Source of the DNA: Eledone cirrhosa | Lineage: Eukaryota | DNA: 64,000 nt | Reading direction: 5' to 3' | Assembly (NCBI GenBank): GCA_964016885.1 | Contig: OZ024743.1 | Location: forward strand, 49,476,001 to 49,540,000 | Shown: piece after piece, positions 48,606 through 60,321 of the stretch | Layout: every line of letters starts with the position of its first letter | How positions within the stretch are numbered: position 1 is the stretch's first letter | Made by a program: the position numbers and the translations under genes | Notes under the pieces: generated by a model | Database searches by the model: none | What the model saw: only the letters and a program-made list of their open reading frames with translations | What the model was told of the DNA's origin: nothing

Positions 48606-49377
48606 GATATGTGAAATGGAAACTGTCTGTAGAATGAAAAGAAATGCTTAACTCCACTGAATCAATGTGTTGTAAATATAAATCAATGACAGACAGATGT
48701 TTATTCTAAATTCCTTTCTCACTGTCCATGTGGATGAAGATGAAGATGATGCTTCATTTGGAAATACCAATAACCACACATCTCTGGCTCAGTAGTTGTG
48801 TTTGGGGGAATCATAACACTTTTTAGAAGTGTGTGTTATATACGAAAGTGAGTTATGTACAAAAATCTTTCATATGAGAGTATGGTCAATGATAACCTAA
48901 GACTGTATCCCCTATTATTAAAACACCCAACATACCTCATATGGAACATAAACTCATATGAAGCTGGTGAAGTCTTCATAAGTGTGAGCTGTAACAGCGA
49001 CAGTGTATAGTGGTAAACTGGGTACTGGATTAAGTCTACCATCTAAGTAGGGGCCCACAGCATGATTTGAACTTAGAACACAAGCTGGTGGAATAAATAC
49101 CACAAGGCATTTCATCTGATTCACTAACAATCTTGTCAATTCACTGCCCTGGGCCGGTAACTTATTTGATCAACTCCCCCCAAAATGAAAGGCAAGGTTG
49201 ACCCTGGTGTTATTTCAACTCAGAATATATACGTTAGCCAGAGATGGAGATTATTGCACTATGGATAATCTATGGAACTCACCCTAACTCTATGTAAGAA
49301 CTTATTTAGATTGTGACAACCCACTCAACACATGCCAGCATGGAAAGCAGATGTAAAATAGTAATGATGCTGATGCT

Positions 49378-49460
49378 GATGGTGGTGGTGGTGGTGGTGG
49401 TGGTGGTGGTGGTGGTGGTGGTGGTGGTGGTGGTGGTGGTGGTGGTGGTGGTGGTGGTGG
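49378..49460. repeat. (GGT)n microsatellite
   Basis: Direct inspection. Confidence 0.97.
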
Positions 49461-49732
49461 GGCCAATCAAATGTTAGTCATGTTTCACTGTAGAAATCAA
49501 CTGTTTAAGACATGGTCACAATTGTAGCGTCCAATCATTGCACAGGGACTGCTTTCAAGGTTATAATAATTGTGTGTGTTTATTGTGTGTGTGTGTGTGA
49601 GTGAGAGAGAGATAGATAGATAGATAGATAGATATATAGATTGGTAGGTAGAACAAGGGAGTGAGACTCCAGTTCCAGAATTATCCAGTATATTGTGTAT
49701 GAGGATGTCATTCACTGTTGTTAATGTGTGTA

Positions 49733-49793
<61 letters not shown>

Positions 49794-50374
49794 TTCCATT
49801 TCCAGAATTATCCAGTATGGAGGATGTCATTCACCATTGTTAATGTCATTTCATCAAATTAACATTAGTAATTAACATGTAAAACAAACAACAACAACAA
49901 GGGAAATAATATTTCTCAATGTTTATTTTATTGTGTAATAGCAATTACCCTAAATTAGTTTGCTGTCTGCCACAGGTGGACAAAATATATGAAAGCAGGT
50001 AATTAGTTTCATTCAATCATTTCTGTCTTTACATTAATTTATTTTATAGTGAAGTTAGTTTCCTTGTTCATCTTTAGATTCCTGACTCTCCTTAATATAA
50101 TGTTGGGGTGGGAGTGGAGGAGGGGGGTTCTACAGCTTCCTCTCTTTTTGTCTGTCCATCCATCACAAATAATCAACTATCTGTACAACAGACAGCTGAT
50201 AGGACTGGGTCATCTATCATTAAAACATCCAAGAAACCTTCTATGAGATTCAGCTTCATTGGAGGTTGGCTAAACCTGCAAAGGTGTCAACTGTAAAATA
50301 ATATCAATCCAGCTTTTTCTTGACAACACCCTGACAACACCCACCTATACTTGGACAACAACCACCTAACAAAC

Positions 50375-50490
50375 CTACATATACCTAACAATACCCACAT
50401 ATACCTAACAATACCCACATATACCTAACAATACCCACATATACCTAACAATACCTACATATTCCTAACAATACCCACATATACAATATA
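50375..50490. repeat. 20-bp minisatellite ATACCTAACAATACCCACAT
   Basis: About 5 tandem copies. Confidence 0.9.
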
Positions 50491-51394
50491 CATCTATGTA
50501 TTAACAACACACCTTAACAAGATCCCCTCATACAGACCTAAACACAAGTTCTCTTCTTGATGCCAACCTCATAACTTCCAACCCAAACACAATATCCTTT
50601 ATGTTTGATACTACTTCAGGTCCTTTATTTACTGTTGGGTGTAATAGAAAATCCCTTAATCTTTATTGAAATTTCTGATTCTCTATTCATTACTGGAACT
50701 TCAAGACTTCTTAAGTTATACTGCCCCTTCAATCTGTGATGATGTTTTTCATCCTAAACAAAATATTTTATTTTTGTCAATGTGACTACAAACTAGGCAT
50801 GACAGCCACTACAAAGTGTTTAACACTAAGTACAATCAGTAGTAAGCATGCCGCCTTCAATAGATTTTTATATATATTTATATGGGTAACAAATTGGCAG
50901 TCATTAGAGCATAGGGCCAAATGCCTTGTGGCATTTGTTTCAACTCTCTGCACTCTGAATTAAAATCAATCTGAGGTCAACTTTACCTTTCAGCCCTGGG
51001 AATGTCAATAGAATACGGTACCAGTCCAGGGTAGTGGGTTGATGAAGTTGTTAGAGCATTGGACTTGCAGTATTTGTTCTGGAGTTCAAAACCTGTTGTG
51101 GCCTACTTGGGTAGTAGACTCAATCCATTTCCCAGATTAATATCACAACAACTTCGACCTTGAGAATATTTAACAGACTCCACTCTTGCAAGCATTCAAG
51201 TTAATTCTCAGTTTGAGGATATCAGGTTACCTTCCTTCCTTCCACCAGTCTTGGATGCCCTGAAATGAATAATGGGTACTGCCTCTCCCCCCATGATTAA
51301 AGAGAAAAAAATATTTTAAAATTCAGTTCTTGTGAATGTTTGATTTTCCAGGACTATTCACCCAAGGATGGATAAAAAGCAACTGAAGGTCATG

Positions 51395-51724
51395 TTTGTA
51401 TGTTGTGACATTAACAACACAATGTGATACATGTGACATTGACAACACAATGTCTGTATGTTGTGACATTGACAACACAATGTCTGTATGTTGTGACATT
51501 GACAACACAATGTTTGTATGTTGTGACATTGACAACAGAATGTGATACATGTGACATTGACAATACAATGTGATACATGTTGTGACATTGACAACAGAAT
51601 GTGATACATGTTGTGACATTGACAACAGAATGTGATACATGTTGTAACATTGACAATACAATGTGATACATGTTGTGACATTGACAATACAATGTGATAC
51701 ATGTTGTGACATTGACAACAGAAT
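51395..51724. repeat. 27/30-bp minisatellite
   Basis: ATGTTGTGACATTGACAACA(C/G)AATGTGATAC, about 11 units. Confidence 0.95.
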
Positions 51725-51765
51725 GAGGTAAATATTCTTCGGATGAATGTTACACACTACACATG

Positions 51766-52407
51766 CTAGCAGAAAAACCACCCTTCGGGTGGTTTTCTGC
51801 TAGCATGTGTAGTGTGTATATTGATATTATACGCAGGTATATATACATGTAGATATGATACATCAAATAAAATCGTAATTGACAATATACAATACATAGA
51901 AATTGAACGAAGACTGCGTTATACTGTCTAGTGTAATCAGTAACGTAATCCATGATACATTAAAAAAGACGATATTATATATAAACTGCATTAGGAGAAA
52001 ATTAGTATGTTTATTTAAGCGATGGCCAACGGTAAGTGTTGACATTTCAAAAATTTTAAAGAAGTAAATCTTTAAATAAACAAAATATATTTAATCAACA
52101 GCCATGAAATTTAGTAGATAAATTATGTAATATTCATTCATTTGGCAGTATCGGGAGAGGGTCGGACGCCATTTTTTGATGCATAGAGTTACGGCCCTTT
52201 CCATTCTGAGTTCAAATGCCGCTGAGGTTAACTTTGCCTTTCATCCTTACGGGGTCGATAAAATAAAGTACCAGTAATGCACGGGGTAATTGCTGGCCTT
52301 GTGCCAAAGGTAGAAACAATTGTTTATTCAAAGTAATCAAACTTATTACTAATGGGATAAAAAATTATAAACCATACCCGCGCCCCTTACTTTATTATAG
52401 TTTAGAT
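51766..52407 (-). mobile_element. Probable non-autonomous Helitron-like element (interrupted by a SINE)
   Basis: Minus strand starts TCTAAACTATAATAAAA and ends with hairpin ACCACCCGAAGGGTGGT followed by CTAG. Confidence 0.5.
52141..52322 (+). mobile_element. SINE family B
   Basis: Homologous to 40930-41116. Confidence 0.9.
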
Positions 52408-53082
52408 TTCTGACAGCTCTTATTTCCTTCAATATCCTTTTTTTAACAGAACATTCTTCAGTGAATTAATTAGCACCAGTTCTTGTTTCTACCAACAAAA
52501 ATGTTGTGAAATGATTGGCAGCTGTTGTATTTTGTCTCCTCCATTCTTCTAGAGGCTATAGAGGGATGGACTGGAGTAGTGATGATGGATAGAGTGGAGT
52601 AGTGATGATGGATGAGATGGAGTGGCAATGATGACTGGTTGGGTTGGAGAGAAGGTGATGGATGGTTTGAATAGAGTTGAAGTGATGGCTGTAGTAGTGT
52701 TTATGTGTCCTGTGTATCTCTCTCCTCACAAATGCCAACTTAATTTCAGTTTGGATTATCATAGAATGACTTTTACAAATGGTTTCACAGAAGCTAACTC
52801 TTGTCTTTGTCCGTAGAGATCATCTTATCAATATTCATCAATGCCAGCATTTCAGATACATTGATTGAAAAGTATAGATCTTGTCAGCGACATCACAAAA
52901 TAGATTTTATTGCTACCACACAATAAAAGTCAATTAACTTTGACAAAATCTTCATTAATATTTCAGACTCCTTTTTGAATCTTAAAGATTCTTAGATTTC
53001 TGTGAAGGCAAAAATGTAACCAAACAAAAGATTATTTCACCTCCACCAGGCGTGAGTCCCAGACTCTTTTGTGTTATTCCAC

Positions 53083-53610
53083 ATTATCACCCATTCCTGT
53101 TTGATAATATCACCTGACTTATCATACAGTAATATCCACACTATCACTCAATCCTGTTTGACAATATCACCTGACTTATCATACAGTAATATCCACACTA
53201 TCACTCATTCCTATTTGACAATATCACCTGACTTATCATACAGTAATATCCACACTACCACCCATTCCTATTTGACAATATCACCTGATTTATCATACAG
53301 TAATATCCACACTATCACCCATTCCTATTTGATAATTGTTTCTACTTTAGGCACAAGGCCAGCAATTACCCAGTGCATTACTGGTACTTTATTTTATCCA
53401 CCCCGTAAGGATGAAAGGCAAAGTCAACCTCGGCGGTATTTGAACTCAGATCGTAAAGGGACGTAACTATGCTGGAAAACATGGCGTCCGACCCTCTACC
53501 GATACTGCCAATCCACCGCCCTTTTTGATAATATCACCTGACTTATCATACAGTAATATCCATACTATCACCCATTCCTATTTGATATCATTACCTGATT
53601 TTTCATACAA
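53083..53610. repeat. 57-bp minisatellite interrupted by a SINE B copy (53335-53521, minus)
   Basis: ATATCACCTGACTTATCATACAGTAATATCCACACTATCAC..ATTCCTATTTGACA units; SINE flanked by TTTGATAAT duplication. Confidence 0.92.
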
Positions 53611-54405
53611 TCTTGTCCAAAAGGCCATTGGTTATCAACTCAGTGCGTTGAGAAATGTATATAGACTTAGCAGCATGTCACCTCTGATAAAAGGTGTTCC
53701 AGCCATAACCACCAATTCCTATTTTCAGGATCTAAAACTACACTATTGAATGTGTCTTTCATTTTTAAGAAGGCAAAGTGTGACTTGAAGGAGATTTGAT
53801 TGCTATTTCTAGCAAATCAGACTACCATGTAGTGGTTCTATTTGTTGGCTCATCAATAGACCATTGTTCTTTTTTCATTCTTTTTGTTCTACTTATTAGT
53901 TATAGAGGAAGGGGCAGTGCTCGTAGCCTTCACAGGCCCTCATAGACAAATGATCTTAATGCAATGTTTAAGGTTTGTGTTAAAATATCAGATACATATG
54001 TAATGTAATATATTTTAGCAGATGTGTAAGTGCTGTGGGACTAGATACACTAGATAACATCCAAATCAAGATTCCTCTGGTTATACTTCATCTTAATTTG
54101 ACATTCTAGGTTGTGATAGAAGTAGCTTGTAACTCTGTGAGATGGAAATAGAATTACCGGTACTTTATTCTACTAGGATTGTTAACATAAAACATGTTGA
54201 AATTTTATACTTCTTCTACCCAACTCATCTTCTTCATTTTTTTTTGTGGGATTATGAGCTAAACAGGATCTATTCAGTTACCATAGCAACTGGAGAATGA
54301 TGATGTTATATTGTTGTTTGAGATTATGTTTTAGTGTAGTGAGAGTTGTGTACTTGTTTAGTAATAATAATAGTAATAATAATAGTAATAATGGTAGTAA
54401 TAGTG

Positions 54406-57235
54406 ATTTCATTATTGGCCACAAGGGCTGACATAAAAAAAAACATTACAGACGGTACAGGACGGTACGATGTGGGTTTTGTGCATGTAAATATTTTTAT
54501 TATTTATATAAGAAAAGAAAAAAAGGACATAGAAACATATATATATATAAATAATAAAAATGAAAAATTCCCCAATAGGGGGGAAACCTCTGAGGGTTAC
54601 TCGTGGCGAAAACCACACAAAAGACCACGGCCACCCTGACCACCAGGGCAAGCGCCCTCTCTCAATTTTTCCATTTCTCAAACTACAGACGTATATTCAG
54701 AGCGGGCCCGTTCACTCGGACCATTCTCGCTACATTCTCCCATCTTTAAACAAACTTTCTAGAAGGCAGCATTTGCCTCTCCACCCTGATTTTCCTCTTC
54801 AAGTGAAACTTGAAAAAGTTAATTAGGAATTCGCCAAAGAGGAAAGTGTCTGTTTTTAACCCTTTTAACCTTATCCTCCACACAATCTCTTTCGCCATGG
54901 CCACCAGGCAGATGAAAACCGCCTGCCCTTCCTCCTCGAATCTCGGGAAGCAAGGATGCAGTGGCTCGACAGCTAACAACTGATGCAGGTAGTTTGTTCC
55001 ATACTTCAGCAACTCTGAGCGTGAAAAAATGTTTCCGAAAGTCATGGGAACTGTGCTGTTTTCTGACTTTGTGGGCATGCCCACGTGTGTTAGACACATG
55101 GAAATCAAAAAGGTACTCAGGGTTGTTGTTGGCAAGATGGTTAATCATTTTGTGGGTGTTTACCAAGTCAGTTGCCAGGCGTTGGAGCTTCAATGTATCC
55201 ATGCCCAGGGAAGCAAGGCGTTCAGAGTATGGTAGATGCCTGATGGAGGGTATTCGCTTGGTTGCACGTGTCTGAGCAAGATAGGGGTTCCAGACTGGTG
55301 AGGCAAATTCTAAGTGTGGCTGCTCTTCCCCTCCACTAGTCCTCTATAGAACGCCGAGGTGGATGTTCCACCGATACTGGTGCCCAGCTGGCAGAGGGCG
55401 GTGAGTGCCTGGAGACATTCCAGTTTCCAAGCGCTATCCCTTGGTCTTTTCCTGACCCAGCACTGCAGCTCCATCAAGGGGATGAGCTGTGGGAAAACAT
55501 GCCTGGTGAACGGCAACCATACCTGTTCACCGTCAAGGAAGCACCAGAGATGTCGCAGCCTCAGCGCATGTTTGCGCATCATCAACCATGGCATGCCCAG
55601 TCCTCCACGCAACGGGTGTTGACAGCAGATGGATTTCTGACTATGGGAGCGCGTCCCTTCCACAAAAAGCGGAAGAGGAGGCGCTCCATTTTGGTAAGAG
55701 TTGGGCCGGGGCAAGGGACGACAGTGAGGCGGTAGCAGATGACGGATGCGATGTATGCATTCGCCACCTCCGCCCGGCCTTTTAGGGACAGCTTCCTCTC
55801 AGCCTATTTCTGGGTGAGGGAGGCTGCCCTGCTCGTCACTTCACTCCAGCTTTTCTCCATCTGGAGGTCCGGTCTGAACCAGACCCCAAGCAATTTAACC
55901 GGTCCATCCGTCCAACGCCCCACGACGCTGTCAGACGGCATGGACTTGCCTCTCCAGGTGCCGATCTGCAAGCTCACCGACTCTTCCTGGTTTATCTTTG
56001 CTCTTGTCACTGCTTCGTATTCGTTGAGAGCATCTGGACGTGTCTGGTGCTCTACACCACCACGGTGACGTTGTCGGCTTAAGCCGACTCGGATTTCCTG
56101 CATCCTAGTTCGCGTGGGACGCCCCTCATCACCCCCAATTTGTGCAATAATGGCTCGAGAGCCAATACGTACAAGAGGAACGAAAGGTGACAACCCTGGC
56201 GGACCGAGCGCATGATGCTGAATGGCTGCGACAAGTGACCGTCAGAACTGAGCAGATGTCGCTGTACATCGCAGCGATCCAACCCCTGAAAACGGGCCCG
56301 AAACCGGCTGCCTCGAGGACCACCGCCAGGTACCAATGGTCAACCCTATCGAATGCTTTGGATTGATCCAAGTTGATCAGGGCCCCACCTGTGCCAGGTT
56401 CCTTAACCACCCTCTCTATGATGTATCACATGAGGTGGAGGCTGTTGTGTATGGATCTATCTGGAATGGCGCATGTCTGCACCTCTCCCACCAGACCCTC
56501 GACGACAAGCGCCAACCTCTTTGCTAACACCTTGGCCAAAATCTTGAACTCTGCATTTAGCAGGGTTATGGGCCTGAAGTTATCGATAACATTCCCCTTG
56601 TTCGGGTCTTTTTTCAGCAGCGCCACCGCTCCCTGGCTCACAAAACTGGGAATGCTCCCGTTCTGCTGCCAGTTGCAGTAGACATATTGCCAAGAGGTCA
56701 CCGAACAAGTCTGGCATAAAGGCATAAAGCTTGTAGGGCAGACCATCCAAACCTGGCGATTTACCCCTCGTGCAGTTAGCCATCGCTTCCCGTATTTCAC
56801 CGGCTGTTATTGGCTTTTCGCAACACTGTGCTGCGGTCGTTGAGAGCCGAGGCAGTCCGTCGAGGTATGCACTGAAGACCATACCCCAATCTGGCTCGCC
56901 GCTGCTCCCGAACAGTTCAGCAAAGTGCTGCTGAAAAGCCTCACACATCAGCTTGGGTTCGAGCAACACGTGCCCGTTTTGGTCAGACAAAGACTGAATT
57001 GTGGCTTTGTTGCCACATCGTGCTTCTGCCACCCGGGCCCATTGGACGGCTTTTGTTCCCTCGTGTTTCAGAGCACGCGCTCTAGCTCTGACAACGCAGC
57101 CTGCGTTGAAGAATTTGTCGAGTGCCAATCTCGCCGCAAGCACATCGGTTGCGATGCCTCTAGCTCTCCCTCTACTCTATTTTCCTCTATCACTACTCCT
57201 TTGCTAAACCTAATTGACTCTACTTTAATTGCCCT
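54406..57235 (-). mobile_element. 5'-truncated Tx1/L1-clade LINE, degraded
   Basis: GKSPGLDGLP, NFRPITLLNAEFKILAKVLA, DQSKAFDRVDH, VRQGC.LS.LLYVLALEPLL, GGLGMP; 3' end matches that of 43720-45355. Confidence 0.92.
54937..55321 (-). mobile_element. CR1-like LINE fragment embedded in the Tx1 copy
   Basis: PHLEFASPVWNPYL..ATKRIP..YSERLASLGMDTL..RL..DL...NTRGH..K....RKHFFTLRVAEVWNKLP is the CR1/L2-group ORF2 C-terminus. Confidence 0.85.
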
Positions 57236-57254
57236 AGTAATAATAATAGTAATA

Positions 57255-57430
57255 ATTGTTTCTACTTTTGGCACAAGGCCAGCAATTACCCAGTACATTA
57301 CTTTATTTTATCGACCCCGTAAGGATGAAAGGCAAAGTTAACCTCAGCAGGATTTGAACACAGAATGGCAAGGGCCGTAACTCTATGCGTCAAAGCATGG
57401 CATCCGACCTTCTACCGACACTGCCAATCC
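57255..57430 (-). mobile_element. SINE family B
   Basis: Reverse complement of the family B consensus, within (TAA)-rich sequence. Confidence 0.9.
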
Positions 57431-57499
57431 AAATAATGATAGTAATAATTATAGTAATAATGATTTCTTCATTGGCCACAAGGGCATAGTGATAATAAT

Positions 57500-58126
57500 A
57501 AAGGCAAGATTGAGCAATTGTTTAGAGGAAAATGGACAAATGGAAGAAAGACTGATCAAGAGACATTAGACAAGAAATATAAACTATGGAAAAATGGATT
57601 CTATACAATAATGGAACAGTTAAAACAGGATTTTGTTGAAAAGCCAGAAGATAAGGAGATATATATGAAGAGAAAGAAGCAGTTTGGGAAGAACAGATTG
57701 TTCCAAAATAATCCAAAACAATTCTTCCACATTTTGGAAAGAGACAATGCTGACCAGGCCAAGGAGTTCTGGAATGGGATATGGGGAAACACTGTGGTGC
57801 ATTGAAGGGATACTGACTGGATAGAAACCATCGAGACATAATTGTAAAGAGGAAATAGACAAAGATATATTGCCATAAGCACAGTTGAAGGCGCATAGCT
57901 TAGTGGTTAGAGCATTGGGCTTGCAATTGAAAGGTTGTGAGTTCAATTTTCGGACCGGGTGATGTGTTGTTTCCTTGAACAAGACACTTTATTTCACGTT
58001 GCTCCAATTTATTCAGCTGTAGAAATGAGATGATAGGACTGGGGTCCATATCATTAAATTACCCAAGACACCTCCAACGAGATATACCTTAGAGGGAGCC
58101 AGCTAAACCTGCATAGGTGTGAGCTG

Positions 58127-58204
<78 letters not shown>

Positions 58205-59160
58205 GATGTGAAGAATCAAGTGGTGAAGGTACCAAACTGGAAAGCTCTCGGTCCAGATGGAATTCATGGGTTTTGGTTGAAGAGATGTAATGCAGTTCAT
58301 GAAAGACTTGCAGCTCTATAGAATGAATATGTCCAGAGGTGCAGTTCCTTTTGGATGGTAACAGGAAGAACAACACTTATAATAAAAGATAGAAGGGGAT
58401 TGCTGTGGAAAACTACTGTCCGACAGTGTCCTGAACATAATATGGAAGGTATTTACTGGAATATTTGCGTAGAAGGCATATACTTTGTTTTTACAGGAAG
58501 GAACATTACCAAGGAAACAAAAAGGATGCAGGAGGAGATCTCAAGATACCAAGATCACCTGGTTATAAAGAAGACAGTTTTGAAGCATACTAACATGTCT
58601 ATGGCCTGGATTGACTTTAAGAAAGCCCATGATAAAATTAATGACATTGTATGGTGCCTCATTCTTGGATTATTGAATGCCTGTAGATGTTTGGTATTGT
58701 TGACAACATCATCAATTTTCTTCTGAATAGTATGTTAAAGTGGAAGACCAAGTTATACTTGGAGAAGTATATTCCTTGGAGAAGTAGAAATTAAAAAATA
58801 AAGATGAATATTGTCAGATCATAGATATAGCCATACCAAATGGTGTGAATATTGTGAGAAACGATGTTGAACAAAATTACCAAGTACTCTGAATTGAAAG
58901 TGGAGTTGGCAAGACTGGAATGTGAGAGGGTAATGTGAAAATGATACCAGTTGTAATCAGAACATTAGGGTTAATCCCATTGAAACTCCAAGACTTCTTA
59001 AAGCAGTTGAGAATACCATGCAAAATTGGTTTCATAAAAAATTCAGCCCTACGAGGCACTGCGTACATTTTAAGGAAAGTATTACCTGTCTGAGATCCTT
59101 GTGACTTGACAGATGACTAAATACTCTAGTGTATTTTTCAACTACACTACTTGACAAAGT
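57500..59160 (+). mobile_element. Degraded R4/Dong-like (RLE-type) non-LTR element
   Basis: NRLFQNNPKQF, WK..GPDGIHGFWLK, WMVTGRTTLI, MAWIDFKKAHD, and C-terminal IPVVIRTLG..SALRGTAYILRKVL; many indels. Confidence 0.75.
57887..58200 (+). mobile_element. SINE family A with (CA)n tail, inserted in the R4/Dong copy
   Basis: Same as 30731; TSD CACAGTTGA. Confidence 0.9.
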
Positions 59161-59205
59161 AATAGTAGTTGTAGTAGTAGTAGTAGTAGTAGTAGTAATA
59201 ATAAT

Positions 59206-59378
59206 GATTGTTTCTACTTTTGGCACAAGGCCAGCAATTACCCAGTACATTACTGGTACTTTAATTTATCGACCCCGTAAGGATGAAAGGCAAAGTTAAT
59301 CTCAGCAGGATTTGAACCCGTAACTATGCTGGAAAGCATGGCGTCTGACTCTCTACCGATACTGCCAATCCACCGCCC
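59206..59378 (-). mobile_element. SINE family B
   Basis: Reverse complement of the family B consensus with an internal deletion. Confidence 0.88.
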
Positions 59379-59431
59379 TTATAATAATAATATATATATA
59401 ACTGTAATAATAATAATAATAATAATAATGA

Positions 59432-59895
59432 TAATGGGATTTTAGGATACAGACGGTCAAGAAATTAGAACACAATAGGCGTGACCTGGTGGTTTTTGAC
59501 AAGGAAAAAAGATTGCGCCTGATTGTAGATGTAGCCTGGCCCTTTGATACGAGAGTGCAAGAAAAGGAGAGGGAGAAAATTAACCAATACCAGGACTTAA
59601 AGTGGGAGTTAAAAAGGATTTGGAACTGCCATGAGATCAAGGTCGTCCTGATTGTCATAGGCGCACTAGGTACTATCTCAAAGAGTTTCCAAGGATGGTT
59701 AAAGAAGATTAGTCCAGCCCCGCTTTTTGGAACACTTCAAAAGGCATGCTTGCTGGGAACAGCAAGAACCCTCCAATACATCCTGAATATCTGAGGCTGC
59801 AGGTAACGGCTTGATATTCATTCCAACAAACTTTCCAGTTAAATAACATCAATGACTGAGACTCAAAGAACAATAATAATAATAATAATAATAAT
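59432..59895 (+). mobile_element. R4/Dong-like LINE 3' end with restriction-like endonuclease domain
   Basis: WDFRIQT..LEHNRRDLVVFDK..IVDVAWPFD.RV..KEREKINQYQDL..IVIGALG..LQKACLLGTARTL; flanked on both sides by (TAA)n. Confidence 0.88.
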
Positions 59896-59984
59896 CCTGC
59901 TTCCATTCAGCCTCTCTACAGTTATACAAATTGTATATTCCCATTATTGTATACTCTTATTATTGTAGATGTTTAAGAGTTTAA

Positions 59985-60204
59985 CCCTTTAGCATTTATA
60001 TTACTCCATATTTACTATTATATTTTAACGGTAAAGGCATATCTTACACAATTATCTCACATAATATCGAATCTATGAGATTTTGATATTATTTATTTTG
60101 AGATCAATGCCTTAACATCAGTATAAGCAGCCAGTTACAGCTGGTTTAAACAGACAGAGGTGAGAGAATTCTGGATGGATACAACCGGTTTAAATGCTAA
60201 AGGG
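59985..60204. mobile_element. TTAA-flanked piggyBac-like MITE (220 bp)
   Basis: TTAA-CCCTTTAGCATTTA...TAAATGCTAAAGGG-TTAA. Confidence 0.9.
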
Positions 60205-60321
60205 TTAAATATTACTTGGCATCATTTCCAGATATTTCTCAACAATCCATTCCACATGGAACATTGTTGGCAAATAGTGGGGGGAACTGTAAGAATCAGT
60301 TATGTAGGGACAATTCTAAAC

